Of a stretch of 64,000 nt of DNA, positions 10,368 to 22,500 are shown piece after piece. The stretch is taken from NCBI GenBank assembly GCA_963513725.1, contig CAUPRM010000004.1, positions 102,348 to 166,347 on the forward strand. Direction: 5' to 3'. The number at the start of each line of letters is the position of its first letter. Positions within the stretch are counted from its first letter, which is position 1. Both the position numbers and the translations under genes were made by a program. This DNA is from an uncultured Limnohabitans sp. (lineage in GTDB: Bacteria; Pseudomonadota; Gammaproteobacteria; Burkholderiales; Burkholderiaceae_C). The notes beneath the pieces are model-generated. The model saw only the letters and a list, made by a program, of their open reading frames with translations, was not told the origin of the DNA and searched no databases.

Positions 10368-11291
10368 ATGAAAATTTCAACCTCTCTCTACTTTGACCGC
10401 TCGACGCAGCAGTTAAGCACGGTGCAATCCAACTTGGCCAAAACGCAGGAGCAGTTGTCCACCGGCAAAAATATTGTCAAACCCAGCGATGCACCCGACA
10501 AGGCTGCTTTGGTGACGCGTTTGGAGTCGGAACTGTCACGTAATGCCAGTTACCAAGACACCTTGAAGTCAGCCAACGTCCGCTTGACGTCTGAAGAGAC
10601 CGCACTCAAAAACACCACCGATGTGATGTACCGCATCAAGGAATTGGCAATACAAGGCGCCAACGACACGCTGAGTCCCAATGACCGCAAAAGCATTGCG
10701 CTGGAACTGACCGGCTTGCGCGAGCAAATCATGAGCTTGGCCAACAGCCAAGACAGCAACGGCAATTACTTGTTCTCTGGCAGCCGCACGGGGCAGCCCG
10801 CCTTTGCGCAAGATGCGTCCGGCCGAGTGGTGTACCAAGGGGACCAGTCGCGCATGAAAGTTAATGTCGGCGATAACCGCCGCATGAACCTCAACATGCC
10901 AGGTTCAGACGCTTTTGTGCGCATCACGCGTACCGATGCCAAAGGTGGTCAAACGGGTGTTGATTTCTTTCAGTCGCTAGACGATCTGGCCAAGGCTGTT
11001 GCCTCAGGCGACTTGGCCAGCACACAGCGTGGCATTGCCGAAGTCGATGATTTGCAAGAAGGTATAAGTAACAGCTTGGCCCAAGTGGGCTCCGACTTGT
11101 CGGTGGTCGATTTGCAAACCAGTGTGCTGGACGAAGTGGTGTTGCGCCTGAAAACAACCCGCTCTGACGTGGAAGACCTCGACTACACAGCGGCCATCAC
11201 CAAAATGAACAAAGACCAACTGGCTTTGGAGGCTGCACAAAGCAGCTTCTCCAAAATTTCGCAGATGAGTTTGTTTAAATTTTTGAATTAA
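10368..11291 (+). CDS. flgL: Hook-associated protein FlgL (HAP3)
   Basis: MKISTS..QEQLSTGK.IVKPSDAP; ANSQDSNGNYLFSG; EDLDY..AI..LEAAQSSFSKISQMSLFKFL. Confidence 0.95.
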   Translation: MKISTSLYFDRSTQQLSTVQSNLAKTQEQLSTGKNIVKPSDAPDKAALVTRLESELSRNASYQDTLKSANVRLTSEETALKNTTDVMYRIKELAIQGANDTLSPNDRKSIALELTGLREQIMSLANSQDSNGNYLFSGSRTGQPAFAQDASGRVVYQGDQSRMKVNVGDNRRMNLNMPGSDAFVRITRTDAKGGQTGVDFFQSLDDLAKAVASGDLASTQRGIAEVDDLQEGISNSLAQVGSDLSVVDLQTSVLDEVVLRLKTTRSDVEDLDYTAAITKMNKDQLALEAAQSSFSKISQMSLFKFLN

Positions 11292-11296
11292 TGCAT

Positions 11297-11323
11297 TCAA
11301 GTTTGAATACTTCGCGTCGATCA
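11297..11323 (+). promoter_or_regulatory. Putative sigma28 (FliA) promoter of fliD
   Basis: TCAA-N15-GTCGATCA versus consensus T(A/C)AA-N15-GCCGATAA. Confidence 0.7.
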
Positions 11324-11350
11324 AGTCAAAGATAAGAAAGCTCAACTTCA

Positions 11351-12874
11351 ATGGCCACGACTGCTGTCAGCTCCACGTCTTCGGCAACTTCCACCGCTGC
11401 AGCGAATAAAGCTGCAGCTGCGACGACGGCTGCAGCCAATAAGGCTGCGGCGCAAAAAATCATCACCTCGCTCAGCGCAGGCTCGGGCGTTGATACAGCG
11501 TCTCTCGCTCAAAACTTGGTCGATGCCGAGCGCTTACCTCAAGAAAACGGTATCAACGCCAAAATCACGAAGAATGATGCGCGCGTGTCTGGTTTTGCGG
11601 CTGTGTCGTTTGTATTGGGTGAGGTGAAAACGGCTTTTGCAGCCCTTAAAGATCAGACGAGCTTCAATGTACTGACGGCGGAAAATACAAATCCCAACGC
11701 CTTCAGTGTCACGACCACGGCAACCGCTAAAGCTGATAGTTATGACATTGACGTGGTGCGTTTGGCCAAAGCTCAGCGCAGCGTCAGCGATGGCGTCACT
11801 TCGGCGGCAGTGTCACTCAACGGTGGCGCTGCCATGAGTTTGAGCCTTGCAATTTCTGGCGGTACACCTTCAGCGATTAATTTGCCTGCAGGTAAAGATA
11901 CGCCACAAGACGTGGTCAATGCGATCAACGCCGCAGGTCGTGGCGTGACCGCTAAATTGGTAGATACCGGAGATGGCTCTGGCAAACCATTTCAAATTAT
12001 TTTGTCGGGCGCCGAAGGCTCTGCAGGTGCCTTCACATTGACACCCAGTTACGGCACAGGTTCTGGATCGCCCGGCCTGAGTTTCAATGCTGGCAATCTG
12101 GGTAGTCAAGCTGCCTCCGACGCGCAGGTCAAAATTGACGGCGTCACTTACACCCGCAGCACCAATGTGCTGAAAGATGTTGTGCCGGGCGTCACGATTA
12201 ATCTGAAAGCGACAACAACAAGTTCTGCACAAGTCAATTTGACACGCGAACCCGCGTCTATCAAAGACAAGCTCTCTACGTTGGTTTCAAGTTACAACGA
12301 CGCGATGACCATGCTCAACGTCGTGACTGACCCAAAATCCACCATGGACACCTACGGCGCCACCTTGGTGGGCGACTCCACGGTGCGAATGATCAAGCAG
12401 CAGCTGCGTGGCATGTTTGCTGGGACTTCTTCAACCCCAGGTTCTGGGGTGGGTTCGTTGTGGCAGATGGGTATCAGTGTTGATCAAGCCGGTACGTTGA
12501 ACGTCGATAACACCAAGCTTGACGCTGCGTTGAACAGTCATTTTGACGATGTCGTCAAAACCTTTTCGGGCAACCAAAATAATTTGAGCACTTACAGCAC
12601 TGCGCCTGCTGGCGTGGCTGGCGACGCGGTGAAAAAGCTCACAGATTTATTGGGTCCTACAGGTGTGGTTGCGCGTCAAAGTCAAAACGCCACAACACAA
12701 AATACCAAGCACCAAGAGGAGTTGGCCAAACTTCAAACACGTATGGATGGTTTGCTCAAGCGCTATCAAAAACAGTTTGCAGCCATGGACAGCTTGGTCG
12801 GCAGCGTTAACAGTCAAAAGAGCAGTTTGAAGTCGACGTTTAATGGGATGATGGCTGCTTACACAAATAAGTAA
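11351..12874 (+). CDS. fliD: Flagellar filament cap protein FliD
   Basis: LSAGSGVDTASLAQNLVDAER, LAKAQ, ASDAQVKIDGV...TNVLKDVVPGVTINL, RYQKQFAAMDSLV. Confidence 0.93.
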   Translation: MATTAVSSTSSATSTAAANKAAAATTAAANKAAAQKIITSLSAGSGVDTASLAQNLVDAERLPQENGINAKITKNDARVSGFAAVSFVLGEVKTAFAALKDQTSFNVLTAENTNPNAFSVTTTATAKADSYDIDVVRLAKAQRSVSDGVTSAAVSLNGGAAMSLSLAISGGTPSAINLPAGKDTPQDVVNAINAAGRGVTAKLVDTGDGSGKPFQIILSGAEGSAGAFTLTPSYGTGSGSPGLSFNAGNLGSQAASDAQVKIDGVTYTRSTNVLKDVVPGVTINLKATTTSSAQVNLTREPASIKDKLSTLVSSYNDAMTMLNVVTDPKSTMDTYGATLVGDSTVRMIKQQLRGMFAGTSSTPGSGVGSLWQMGISVDQAGTLNVDNTKLDAALNSHFDDVVKTFSGNQNNLSTYSTAPAGVAGDAVKKLTDLLGPTGVVARQSQNATTQNTKHQEELAKLQTRMDGLLKRYQKQFAAMDSLVGSVNSQKSSLKSTFNGMMAAYTNK

Positions 12875-12950
12875 TTAAGAATCTATTAAAAGAGTTTTAA
12901 ATTTAAAAGTTAGCACTTTAAAAGTATAAAAATTTATTTAAATTTTTTAC

Positions 12951-12977
12951 TCAAGTATTTCTGAATCGCGCCGAATC
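12951..12977 (+). promoter_or_regulatory. Putative sigma28 promoter of flaG
   Basis: TCAA-N15-GCCGAATC, preceded by a very AT-rich tract. Confidence 0.7.
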
Positions 12978-13061
12978 AATGACTGTCATCTCCTATGACG
13001 GTCCGATAGGCGCTATTCGCGCCTTGCCTGTCGTTGGGGTTCTTGAAATAAGGCGGTGCAT

Positions 13062-13430
13062 ATGTTCAATGAAATTCCATCCTTGCCATCCTCGGCCCCC
13101 GCAGGAATCAAACCGACGTCTGTTAAATCAGAGCCTTCTCAAGCTGCTTCTGATCAGCATTTGAAGCCACTAACTAAGCCAGTCATCAAAGTTGATACAG
13201 AGCAAAAGAGACAAGAACTGTCTGAGGCTATTCAGCACCTGAATGAAGTTATGCGTGATGGTGGTCGCAATATCAATTTCTCCATTGATAACGCGCTCGA
13301 GACGCCCATTGTCTTGATAAAGAACGCGCAAACAGGTGAGGTCGTTCGTCAGATTCCCAATGAAGTCATTGTGCGCATGGCGCACAGCATTGAAGACTTC
13401 AAGGGAATGTTGCATAACACCGTCATTTAA
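13062..13430 (+). CDS. flaG: Flagellar protein FlaG
   Basis: LNEVM..GRNINFSID..TGEVVRQIPNEVIVRMA..GML motif; ATG 13062 after AAGGCGG. Confidence 0.88.
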   Translation: MFNEIPSLPSSAPAGIKPTSVKSEPSQAASDQHLKPLTKPVIKVDTEQKRQELSEAIQHLNEVMRDGGRNINFSIDNALETPIVLIKNAQTGEVVRQIPNEVIVRMAHSIEDFKGMLHNTVI

Positions 13431-13434
13431 TTAC

Positions 13435-13461
13435 TAAAGTTTTTCGTAGACCAGACGATTC
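13435..13461 (+). promoter_or_regulatory. Putative sigma28 promoter of the 719-aa flagellin
   Basis: TAAA-N15-GACGATTC, 70-95 nt upstream of the ATG. Confidence 0.7.
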
Positions 13462-13529
13462 ACTGGTTATCAAGGCAGATGTCTTGAGTTCAAGTCAACC
13501 ATTCTGTAGGACTATCAAGGAGTAACACC

Positions 13530-15689
13530 ATGTCCGTTATCAACACAAACGTTAAAGCTCTCGCAGCACAAGCTTCCATGAGTAATGTCGAACGCAAATT
13601 GCAAACCAGCATGGAGCGTTTGTCGACTGGTATGCGTATCAACAGTGCCAAAGACGATGCGGCTGGCCTTGCTATTTCTAATCGCATGACTTCGCAAATT
13701 CGTGGTTTCGCTGTTGCCATTCGCAACTCCAACGACGGTATCTCGATGGCTCAAACTGCTGAAGGCGCTTTGGGTCAAGTCAACGACATGCTGCAACGCA
13801 TGCGTGAACTCTCTGTTCAAGCTGGTAACGGCGCTATGTCTACTTCTGATCGCAAATCTTTGCAGTTGGAAGTCGATCAAATGAAGCAAGAAATTAACAA
13901 CGTTGCCACAAAGACTAACCACAACAACATCAAACTGTTGGATGGTTCGGCTGGCAAGATTGAATTGCAAACGGGTGTCAATGCTGGCGATCGCATGACC
14001 ATCGGTTTTGACTCCGTTCAAACCAAAGACATTGGTCAAGGTGGTAAAACTTCTTTGAGCTCAGTGGGTACTGTGTTTGATGATGCAGCCAGCAGTTCAG
14101 TGGACCCTGTGAATGGCAAATCTGGCGCCTTGTTGAACGGCGACTTGGTGTTGAACGGCGTTGTTGTCGGTGCATCTTTGGCGACTGACGATATGTTGTC
14201 ATCTGATTTTGCTGACAACGGTGGCAAAGCGGCCAGCGCGATCGCAAAAGCTGCTGCTATCAACCGTGTCTCAGAGCAAAGCGGTGTTTACGCCACAGTT
14301 GGCTCAACCATGGCTTACGGTACTGCCATGGCGACAAGCTCTGCCACAGGTACGATCACCATCAACGGCGTTGAAACTGCATCCATCCAAATGACCAGTG
14401 ACTTGGAAATTAACCGTTTGATGGTCACAACAGCCATCAACAACGTGTCTAAGCAAACTGGCGTCACGGCTATCAACACCAGCGATGATATTCAAGGTGT
14501 GATCTTGGTCGCTGAAGATGGTCGCAACATCGAAATTGACTTGTCTACCGGCGGTTTGGATGCGGCTGATGTCGGCTTGTCTGACACAGGCACTTACATC
14601 GGTACCTTTGAGTTGAGTACCAAAGATGGTTCCAGTTTCACGGTTTCCAGTGAAACTGACAAAAACGTGCAAAACGCGGGTCTGACCGCCGGTACGTTCA
14701 GCACCAACAAAGCCCAAGTCGTGACGATGGCGCGCCCTAGTGCTGGCGAAGGCGATGCGCCTGCCACGGGCACAACGGGTTTGTTGAAGGGCAATACCTT
14801 GGTCTTGAATGGCGTGGGTATTGATGCCGCCATTGCCAGCGACGACGATGCATCCAGCGAATTTGTGGATCCAAGTGCCAAGGCGGGCAGTGCGATTGCC
14901 ACTGCTGCAGCCATCAACAAAAAGTCAAGCATGACGGGGGTGACTGCTGTTGCCGAGCCCAACGTGTTGCGCGGCCGTGGTTTTACCGCAGGTGCTGTGA
15001 GTGACTTGAACATCAACGGTGTTGACATTGACATCACCTTGAGTAGCAGTTCAAACCGTGACGACGTCTTGGTAGCTATCAACAAGTTTGCGGGTCGAAC
15101 CGGTGTTGTGGCTACCGCGTGGGGTGAAGGCGTGCAATTGACAGCCGAAGACGGACGCAACATTTCCATTGGTTCTTCGGCAGGTGAAGAGGCATTGGGC
15201 TTGGATGGTGTGACCATCGGTGGCGGTGTGACCAGTGCAGACGTGGTGACCCACTTCGCGTCTGTTCGTCTGGAGTCCGATAAGTCGTTCTCTGTCGAAA
15301 GCGGCAACGAAGGTAACGAAAACTTTGCACTGATGGGCTTCCGTCGTGGCACATTTGGTGGTTCAGATCAAGGCGCTAAAGTCGCTGACATCGATATCTC
15401 CACTCAAAGCGGCGCTTCTGCGGCAATTACTGCCATTGATGCCGCTCTGGAAGGTGTCTCGGCCATGCAAGCGCGTGCTGGTGCTTACCAAAACCGATTG
15501 GAGTCTGTGGTGTCTAACTTGACCGAGTCCAATCAAAACATGTCTGCATCACGCAGCCGTATTTTGGACACAGACTATGCTTCAGAAACAACCAGCATGG
15601 CCCGCTCGCAAATCATTTCGCAAGCTGCAACGGCCATGTTGGCTCAGGCCAACCAGTCTGCGCAAGGCGTGTTGTCTTTGCTGAAGTAA
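13530..15689 (+). CDS. fliC: Flagellin (719 aa)
   Basis: MSVINTN..ERLSTGMRINSAKDDAAGLAI; RSRILDTDYASET..QIISQAATAMLAQAN; AAGGAG RBS. Confidence 0.97.
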   Translation: MSVINTNVKALAAQASMSNVERKLQTSMERLSTGMRINSAKDDAAGLAISNRMTSQIRGFAVAIRNSNDGISMAQTAEGALGQVNDMLQRMRELSVQAGNGAMSTSDRKSLQLEVDQMKQEINNVATKTNHNNIKLLDGSAGKIELQTGVNAGDRMTIGFDSVQTKDIGQGGKTSLSSVGTVFDDAASSSVDPVNGKSGALLNGDLVLNGVVVGASLATDDMLSSDFADNGGKAASAIAKAAAINRVSEQSGVYATVGSTMAYGTAMATSSATGTITINGVETASIQMTSDLEINRLMVTTAINNVSKQTGVTAINTSDDIQGVILVAEDGRNIEIDLSTGGLDAADVGLSDTGTYIGTFELSTKDGSSFTVSSETDKNVQNAGLTAGTFSTNKAQVVTMARPSAGEGDAPATGTTGLLKGNTLVLNGVGIDAAIASDDDASSEFVDPSAKAGSAIATAAAINKKSSMTGVTAVAEPNVLRGRGFTAGAVSDLNINGVDIDITLSSSSNRDDVLVAINKFAGRTGVVATAWGEGVQLTAEDGRNISIGSSAGEEALGLDGVTIGGGVTSADVVTHFASVRLESDKSFSVESGNEGNENFALMGFRRGTFGGSDQGAKVADIDISTQSGASAAITAIDAALEGVSAMQARAGAYQNRLESVVSNLTESNQNMSASRSRILDTDYASETTSMARSQIISQAATAMLAQANQSAQGVLSLLK

Positions 15690-15714
15690 TTTCTACAAGG
15701 CGGTTGACGAACTT

Positions 15715-15742
15715 CAAAAGCCCCCTTGCGGGGGCTTTTGTT
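15715..15742 (+). terminator. Rho-independent terminator after flagellin
   Basis: CAAAAGCCCCC-TTGC-GGGGGCTTTTG hairpin with T-tract. Confidence 0.85.
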
Positions 15743-15845
15743 CGTGTCACCCTACCAATGTCATATTCTTTGATTTAGGTCAGATTTTTAGGTGGTTATT
15801 GCGCAGGGTTACTCCTTAAAATTTAGCAGAGGAGATTTAGCAGCC

Positions 15846-16418
15846 ATGAATTCACAGACTATCAACTTGTTAGAAGTCGAAACTAAAGCCCAAATTTATT
15901 GGTGTGATATTTCGCATTTGGCAGCGGAGTTGCTGCTTGCCCGACAAGCGCTGGATGAATTGCGAATTTCCCATCCTGAGTCAACGCCTTCCAACGTCAA
16001 AGCGGTTTACATGAGTCCTTGGAAGAGTCATTTGCTCAACACAAAATTACATCCCTTGTGTAATTCTGTCATTCAAACAGTCAAGCAAATTTGTAAAGAC
16101 TTTTGGAACACGGATATGCAAGGTTTGAATCTGGATTTTTTAATTGCAGATTGCTGGGGCGTCACTTATCAACAGTCTGACAAAACGATTCTTCATTCTC
16201 ATTTCCCCAGTGATTTCTCAGCAGTGATCTACCTGGATGCGGATGATGAGAGCGCCCCCATTATTTTTGAAGAAAAATTATTGGTCAAACCCAAACCGAA
16301 TACGCTGATTATTTTTCCAGGCTATTTGCGACATGAAGTCCCTGAAAATAGTGGAAAACGTACTGTTTTGGCGATGAATTTAAATAAAATTCCGTCTTTC
16401 AATCAAGCCGCAGCATGA
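15846..16418 (+). CDS. Putative 2OG-Fe(II) oxygenase-fold protein
   Basis: HSH..FSAVIYL...PKPNTLIIFPGYLRHEV..RTVLAMN pattern; ATG 15846 after GAGGAG; AT-rich. Confidence 0.65.
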   Translation: MNSQTINLLEVETKAQIYWCDISHLAAELLLARQALDELRISHPESTPSNVKAVYMSPWKSHLLNTKLHPLCNSVIQTVKQICKDFWNTDMQGLNLDFLIADCWGVTYQQSDKTILHSHFPSDFSAVIYLDADDESAPIIFEEKLLVKPKPNTLIIFPGYLRHEVPENSGKRTVLAMNLNKIPSFNQAAA

Positions 16419-16455
16419 TCTCTGCAACGACATTTAAAAAAGCTAAGAATTTCGC

Positions 16456-16482
16456 TAAAGTTTTTTCTTGAGCAGTCGATTC
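16456..16482 (+). promoter_or_regulatory. Putative sigma28 promoter of the 2820-aa repeat gene
   Basis: TAAA-N15-GTCGATTC (CTAAAGTTTTTTCTTGAGCAGTCGATTC). Confidence 0.75.
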
Positions 16483-16561
16483 AACGAGACGAGTGGTGTA
16501 ACGGTATGTTCCTGTTGGGGCAACTGTTCACTTTACTAACAGACAAAGAATCGAGTGCACT

Positions 16562-19500
16562 ATGGCTACTACCCCAGTTTCTGCAGGATCTTCCCCGGTT
16601 TACACCCCGAGGATTACCGCATCTACATCCATTGATGACTGGACGTCGACCAAGATCAGCACCCTCACGTTGACCGAAGTCCGTGGGCTAACCAGCACGC
16701 AAGTCGCATCCATTCTGCCAAGCTCAATTGCTGGTTTGTCGGCCTCGCACATTGCAGCGTTGAGTACAGGGCAAATGGCTGCGCTCTCAAGCAACCAGAT
16801 TGGTCAATTTTCTCAGACACAACTTGCGAAGGTTAGCAAGGCCCAAGTCTCTGCGATGAGCTTTGATCAACTCAATGGCATGTCTACAGGGCAAGTGCAA
16901 AAGTTATCTGCCGTTCAACTGTCAGGTATCAAGACTTCTGAAATTGGCAACGTCAAGACGGAGTCTTTGACGGCCATGTCAGTCAAGCAAATTCAAGCTT
17001 TGACGACCGACCAAATCATTGCCTTGATTGGTGACCAGCTTGGCGCTCTGGGCACCAGCCAGGTTTCTGCCATGAGTGTGGGGCAAATTGGAGCCATCGA
17101 GACCCGCGATCTGACGGGCATGAGCACGGGGCAAATTCGGGCCATGGGCGTGACTCAAGTGGCAGCCCTTAAAACTTCTCAGTTGAATGCGTTGACCACG
17201 TCACAACTACAAGCCTTGGAAGTAGGCGATATCGCCAAGCTCACGACAGCCCAGGTCGCGGCTTTTTCCAATACCCAAGTGTCTAGTTTGCTGACCTCAC
17301 AAGTCAGCGCATTGACGCAGAAAAACGTGATTTCCATGTCGGCGTCACAAATTGGCGCCTTCAGCACCAACCAAGTGACGGCGCTTAGTGTGGCTTCCGT
17401 CGCAGGTATGTCTAATGCGCAAGTCAGTGGCATGAGCACAGGGCAGCTCCGAGCACTTGCAACGGGGCAAATCGCTTCCTTGAGCGCATCGGCACTCAAC
17501 GCGCTTTCAACGGACAAGCTTACAAATTTAAAGACAGAGCAAGTGGCAGCGCTTTCTGGCGTTCAAATTAAAGCCTTGAGCGCTACCAATGTGGCAGCGC
17601 TGGGTACTGAGCAGGTCAGTGCTTTGACCAATTTGCAAGTCACGTCCTTGTCTACCGCTGCAATCAACGCGATGAGCACAGGGCAAATTTCACAGTTCAG
17701 CTCTACTGATTTACGGGCCCTCACAGTGGCTCAGCTCAATGCGGTAAGCACAACTTCCTTGGCCAGTCTGAGCAGCGCTAGCTTGCAATCGCTGACGGTC
17801 ACACAATTTAAATCCTTGACAAACACGCAACTAGGTTCGCTCAGTAGCAGTCAAGCACAGTCGCTTAACAGCTCTCAATTGCAAAATTTGAGTGCGGCAC
17901 AAATCACCAGCCTTGGAACCGCAAATGCAGCGGTGTTGTCGTCGACTCAAATTGCAAGTTTGACAGCAAGTCAGTTGAAGACTGTTTCTAGCACCATCAT
18001 CGGAGCCTTGTCTTCGTCTGCGGTGGGTGCCTTGAATTCGACCAATGCCAAGGTTCTGACCAATACCCAACTGCAGAGCCTGTCCACCGCTGCCTCCGCC
18101 GCTTTGTCGGCCAGTTTCATCAATGCGCTGACAGCCACTCAAATAGCTGCGTTCAGCACCTCTCAAGTGCAAGCTTTGTCGACGGGAGTCATCGGCACGC
18201 TCAGTGTTGACACACTCAAGTCGTTCAGTACGGGTCAAGTGCAATCGCTTTCGAGTGATGCCCTCAATCAGCTGACCACCACTCAAGTCCGCACGTTGAG
18301 TTCTTCGCAATTGACGGCGATTAGCACGGGCAATTTGAATGCACTGAGCTCCACCAATCTGCAGGCGCTTTCCAGCACGCAAATGAGTTCTTTGAGCAGT
18401 GCAACGTTATCTGCTTTGACGACGGCCAACATTCAGTTGTTACAAACGCAGCAAGTCGCCTCGCTCACAACAGGCCAAATTGCCAGCCTGTCGACTACCA
18501 ATCTGGCCGCTCTGAGTTCGACCCAAGTGAGTAAGCTCACGGACGATCAGGTGGGAGCCTTGAGCACCTCTTTTGTTCAGAACATGAGCTCTTCGCAGCT
18601 CAATGCTTTGACAACTTCGCAATTGGCCTACTTGACCAGTGATGCCATCACGGCGCTTTCCAGCGATCAAGTGCAGTCACTGAAGACCGACACCTTGGCG
18701 GCTTTGAGTGCGGGCCAAATCAAAGCGCTTGAAACACAAGATTTCCAAGCCCTTGGTACCAGCAAAATCACGGTGCTGACCGATGCTCAGATACGCAGTA
18801 TGGCGACTGAAGATGTTGCTTCTTTGAGCACGGCTCAAATGGGTGTTTTGCAAAGCAACCAAGTGTCGGCGCTCTCTGCGGCTGGCATTACCAGTTTGAA
18901 CTCTGGCCAGTTGTCAGCGTTGAGTAGTAGCAACGTGGCTTTTCTCACTAACTCTGCGATTGCAGCCATTGGCTCAGGTCAAGTGGCGGCGTTGACTTCT
19001 ACCAAACTCAACCAAATCTCTGGCACAGCCTTGCAAGGCATGTCTACCAGCACCATCGCTGCATTAGATACGGCCCAAGTGGCTGGTCTGAGCACCACGT
19101 TGGTCAAGAAGCTCACGGGCGCACAGGTGCAGGTCTTGAGCTCTGCAGGGGTCGCCGCGATGGGCACCTCCGAACTGCAATTGCTCAATGGCGAGCAAAT
19201 TGGTTCTTTGCAAAGCAGCCAAGTGTCTGCTTTGAGTTCAACCAAGTTCCAAGCACTCACCGACACGCAGCTTTCTAACCTCAGCACTGGTGCCGTAGCA
19301 GGGTTGGTTTCTTCGCAAGTCAATGCGTTGACTTCCACGCAGTTGGGTGCGTTGGGTGCCAACCAGTTCAAAGCGTTGTCGACTTCCGTAGTTGCCAACC
19401 TCAGCACTACCGATTTGATGGACGGGCTGACGCAAACTCAACTGCAAAGCATGACCACGGCGCAAGTTCAAGCGCTTGGTACAGGCCAAATTGATGATCT

Positions 19501-22500
19501 GAGTGTTGAACAACTGGGTTATTTGTCTGCCACCCAAGTGGGTGCTTTGACGACAGATGATGTCGCTGGTCTCAACACCAGTTTGGTTCAGGCCTTGTCC
19601 AGCGATCAATTGCGTGCTTTGAGTACGGGCGTTGTCGCGGCCTTGTCTACCTCGCAGGTACAAGCATTCACTCCAACAGAGTTGGGCGCCCTCACAACCT
19701 CTCAGACACAAGCATTAGGAACGGCTTCTCTGAGCGTTTTGGGCTCGAGCCAAGTGGCTGGTTTGTCTGTTGCTCAACTGAATAGCTTGAGCACTTCACA
19801 GTTTGAGTCGATCAGCACAGGTGGCTTGGCTGCTGTGGCGACCGCTACGCTGCAAGGCATTACCACTACGCAAATTGCTTCTCTCTCCACGGGTGCCATG
19901 GTGGCCCTGACCACGGAGCAGTTGTCCGCATTGACCAACTCGCAAGTTGGCGCATTGACGACCACTTCCATCAACGCCTTGTCTACCGCCAAAGTGGCAG
20001 GTTTGCAATCGTCTAGCATTGCCGCGTTGAGTACCACCCAGGTTGCTGCTTTGTCCACGGGTGTCGTCGCTCAATTGAGCTCTTCGCAGTCCAAAGCATT
20101 GAGCGCGACATTGATTGGTGCCATGAGCACTGGCCAAGTTGGCGCATTGAGCACAACAGTCATCAGCACACTCAGTGCTACACAATTTGACGCTCTTTCT
20201 ACCTCTCAATTGGCGAGTTTGTCCACTGACCAAGCGAGTGCATTGACGGTGTCGCAAGTGTCAGGCCTGAGCACAGCACGACTTGCCGCATTGACCAGTT
20301 CACAAGTTGCCAAGATCAGCACTGCCGCAGTGGCACAAATGAGCGCAACGCAGGTGGGTTCGTTGAGCACAGATCAAGTGCAAGGCCTGACCTCTGGGCA
20401 GGTAAAGGCCTTGACAGTGGCACATATGGCCGTGTTGAACAACGACCAATTGCATGCACTGACCACGGCACAAGTGAACGCGATTGAGACCGCAGACTTG
20501 CGCGCCTTGAGCGCTACACAGTTACGCGAACTCTCCAGCACGCAACTGCAAGCCTTGGGCACCGAACAAATCCAATCACTTGAAAACGATGATCTGGTGG
20601 CCTTCAGCGCCATTCAGGTGTCGTCGTTCACCACGACACAAGTGCAAGCGATCAAGGGTTCTCAGGCGGGCGCGTTGAGCGTTACGCAGTTGGGTGGTAT
20701 GACGACTGAGCAAACATCTGCACTGTCGACGGCCCTGATCAATGCATTGTCGGCAACTCAATTGGCGGCGTTTAGCACGGGGCAACTGAACGCCATCAGT
20801 AGCACCAACCTCCAGTCGGTCGCGGTCAGTGCAATGTCTGGGTTCACAACCACCCAACTGAGCGGCTTGTCCACCACCAATGTGGCGGGCTTGCAAACCG
20901 CGCAAATCAATGCCTTGAGCGCAGGTCAATTGGGCGCCTTGGGTACAGACCAGCTCAACGCCATGGGATCTGCACAGATCAATGCGCTGAGCGCAACGGC
21001 CTTGAGTGGCCTGTCCACCGCCACACTTCAGGGTGTTAAGACCGAGCACATCAGCACTTTGGCTAGCGCATCTGTGGTAGCTTTGGGTACAGCGCAAGTT
21101 AACGCCTTGACGTCAGGTCAAGCCGTCTCGCTCTCAAGCACCAGCTTACAAACCTTAAGCTCTTCACAACTGCGTGCCTTGGGCACCACGCAATTGCAAT
21201 CGCTCACGGCGACCACGCAATTCAACAAGCTATCCAGCACCCAAGTGGCATCGCTGGGCACTTCGCAAGTACAAGCTTTGTCGACCGCACAGTTGGCCAC
21301 CTTGTCGACCTCTGGGGTCAGCATTGCCAGCATGGGTACGGCACAAATCAATGCGCTGACCAGTACGCAGCTGCAGTCGCTCAGCGTGACTCAGTTGAAT
21401 ACGGTCGCAACTGGGCAAGTTCAAGCGCTGACGTCCGAACAAATTGGCGCAATTTTCAGTGACACCGAATTGCAGGGCGCTGCGACAGCCTTGGTGCCTA
21501 ACCTCACCAATACTCAAGTGTCTACTTTGGCAACCTCGGTCATCAATGCGATGACGACTGACCAAGTGCGCGCCTTTAGCACCACTGAGATGACAGCGTT
21601 GACCGATTTGCAAGTTGCCGCTTTCAGCACCAGTCAGTTGAATAACCTCGAGTCTGCGGATGTGGTGGCTTTGTCAGGCCAGCAAGTGAGTAGTTTGAGT
21701 ACCGACCAGTTGCGTGCCTTGTCGAGCACCTCCGTGGGTGTCTTGGAGCGTGACGATTTCAATGCCTTGTCTGCTGCACAAATTGCCAGCTTCACCACAG
21801 CACAAATCGTTGCTTTGACATCGACACAGATGGCAGGCATCAACGAATCCAAAGTGGGTACGTTGACCACTGACCAGGCGGCTGCCCTGTCGAGTAGCGC
21901 CTTGTCTGGACTGGGCGCCTCCCAAGTGGCAGCGTTATCAACGGGTCAATTGAATGCCATCAGCAGCACCAACGTGCGCTCCATCACCACCACGGCTGTG
22001 GCGGGTCTGACCACAAGTCAGATGAGTGGCTTGTCCACCACCAACGCCGCAGGTTTGAACACCTCACAGGTGAGCGTGCTGTCTTCGTCGCAATTGGGCG
22101 CTTTGAGCACCACGCAACTCAACACCATGGGGTCGGCCCAGATTAACGCTATCAACACGACCGCGTTGGCAACCTTGGCTACATCGACGGTGCAAGGTTT
22201 GAAAACCGACCACATCAGTGCCTTGGCGAGCAACTCTGTCAAAGCCTTGGGCACAGCTCAAGTGGCGGCGTTGTCTTCGGGTCAAGCCATGGCCTTGTCT
22301 GCAGGATCGTTGCAAACACTCAGCACGTCACAAGTCCAAGCCCTGGGTACCGCACAACTTGCTTCGTTGACGGCTACTACGCAGTTCAACCAGCTCACCA
22401 GCACTCAGTTGGCAACATTGACCACAGGCCAAATTCAGGCCATGGGCACAGACCAAGTCAACACGCTGAGCAATGGCAGTGTGGCTGCCTTGGGAACCGC

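Noticed and set aside
12978-13061. Riboswitch or leader ORF in the flaG 5' UTR (hairpin at 12981-13003)
   Set aside because: No match that I can recognise to c-di-GMP or other riboswitch motifs; an Rfam scan would be needed to support it.
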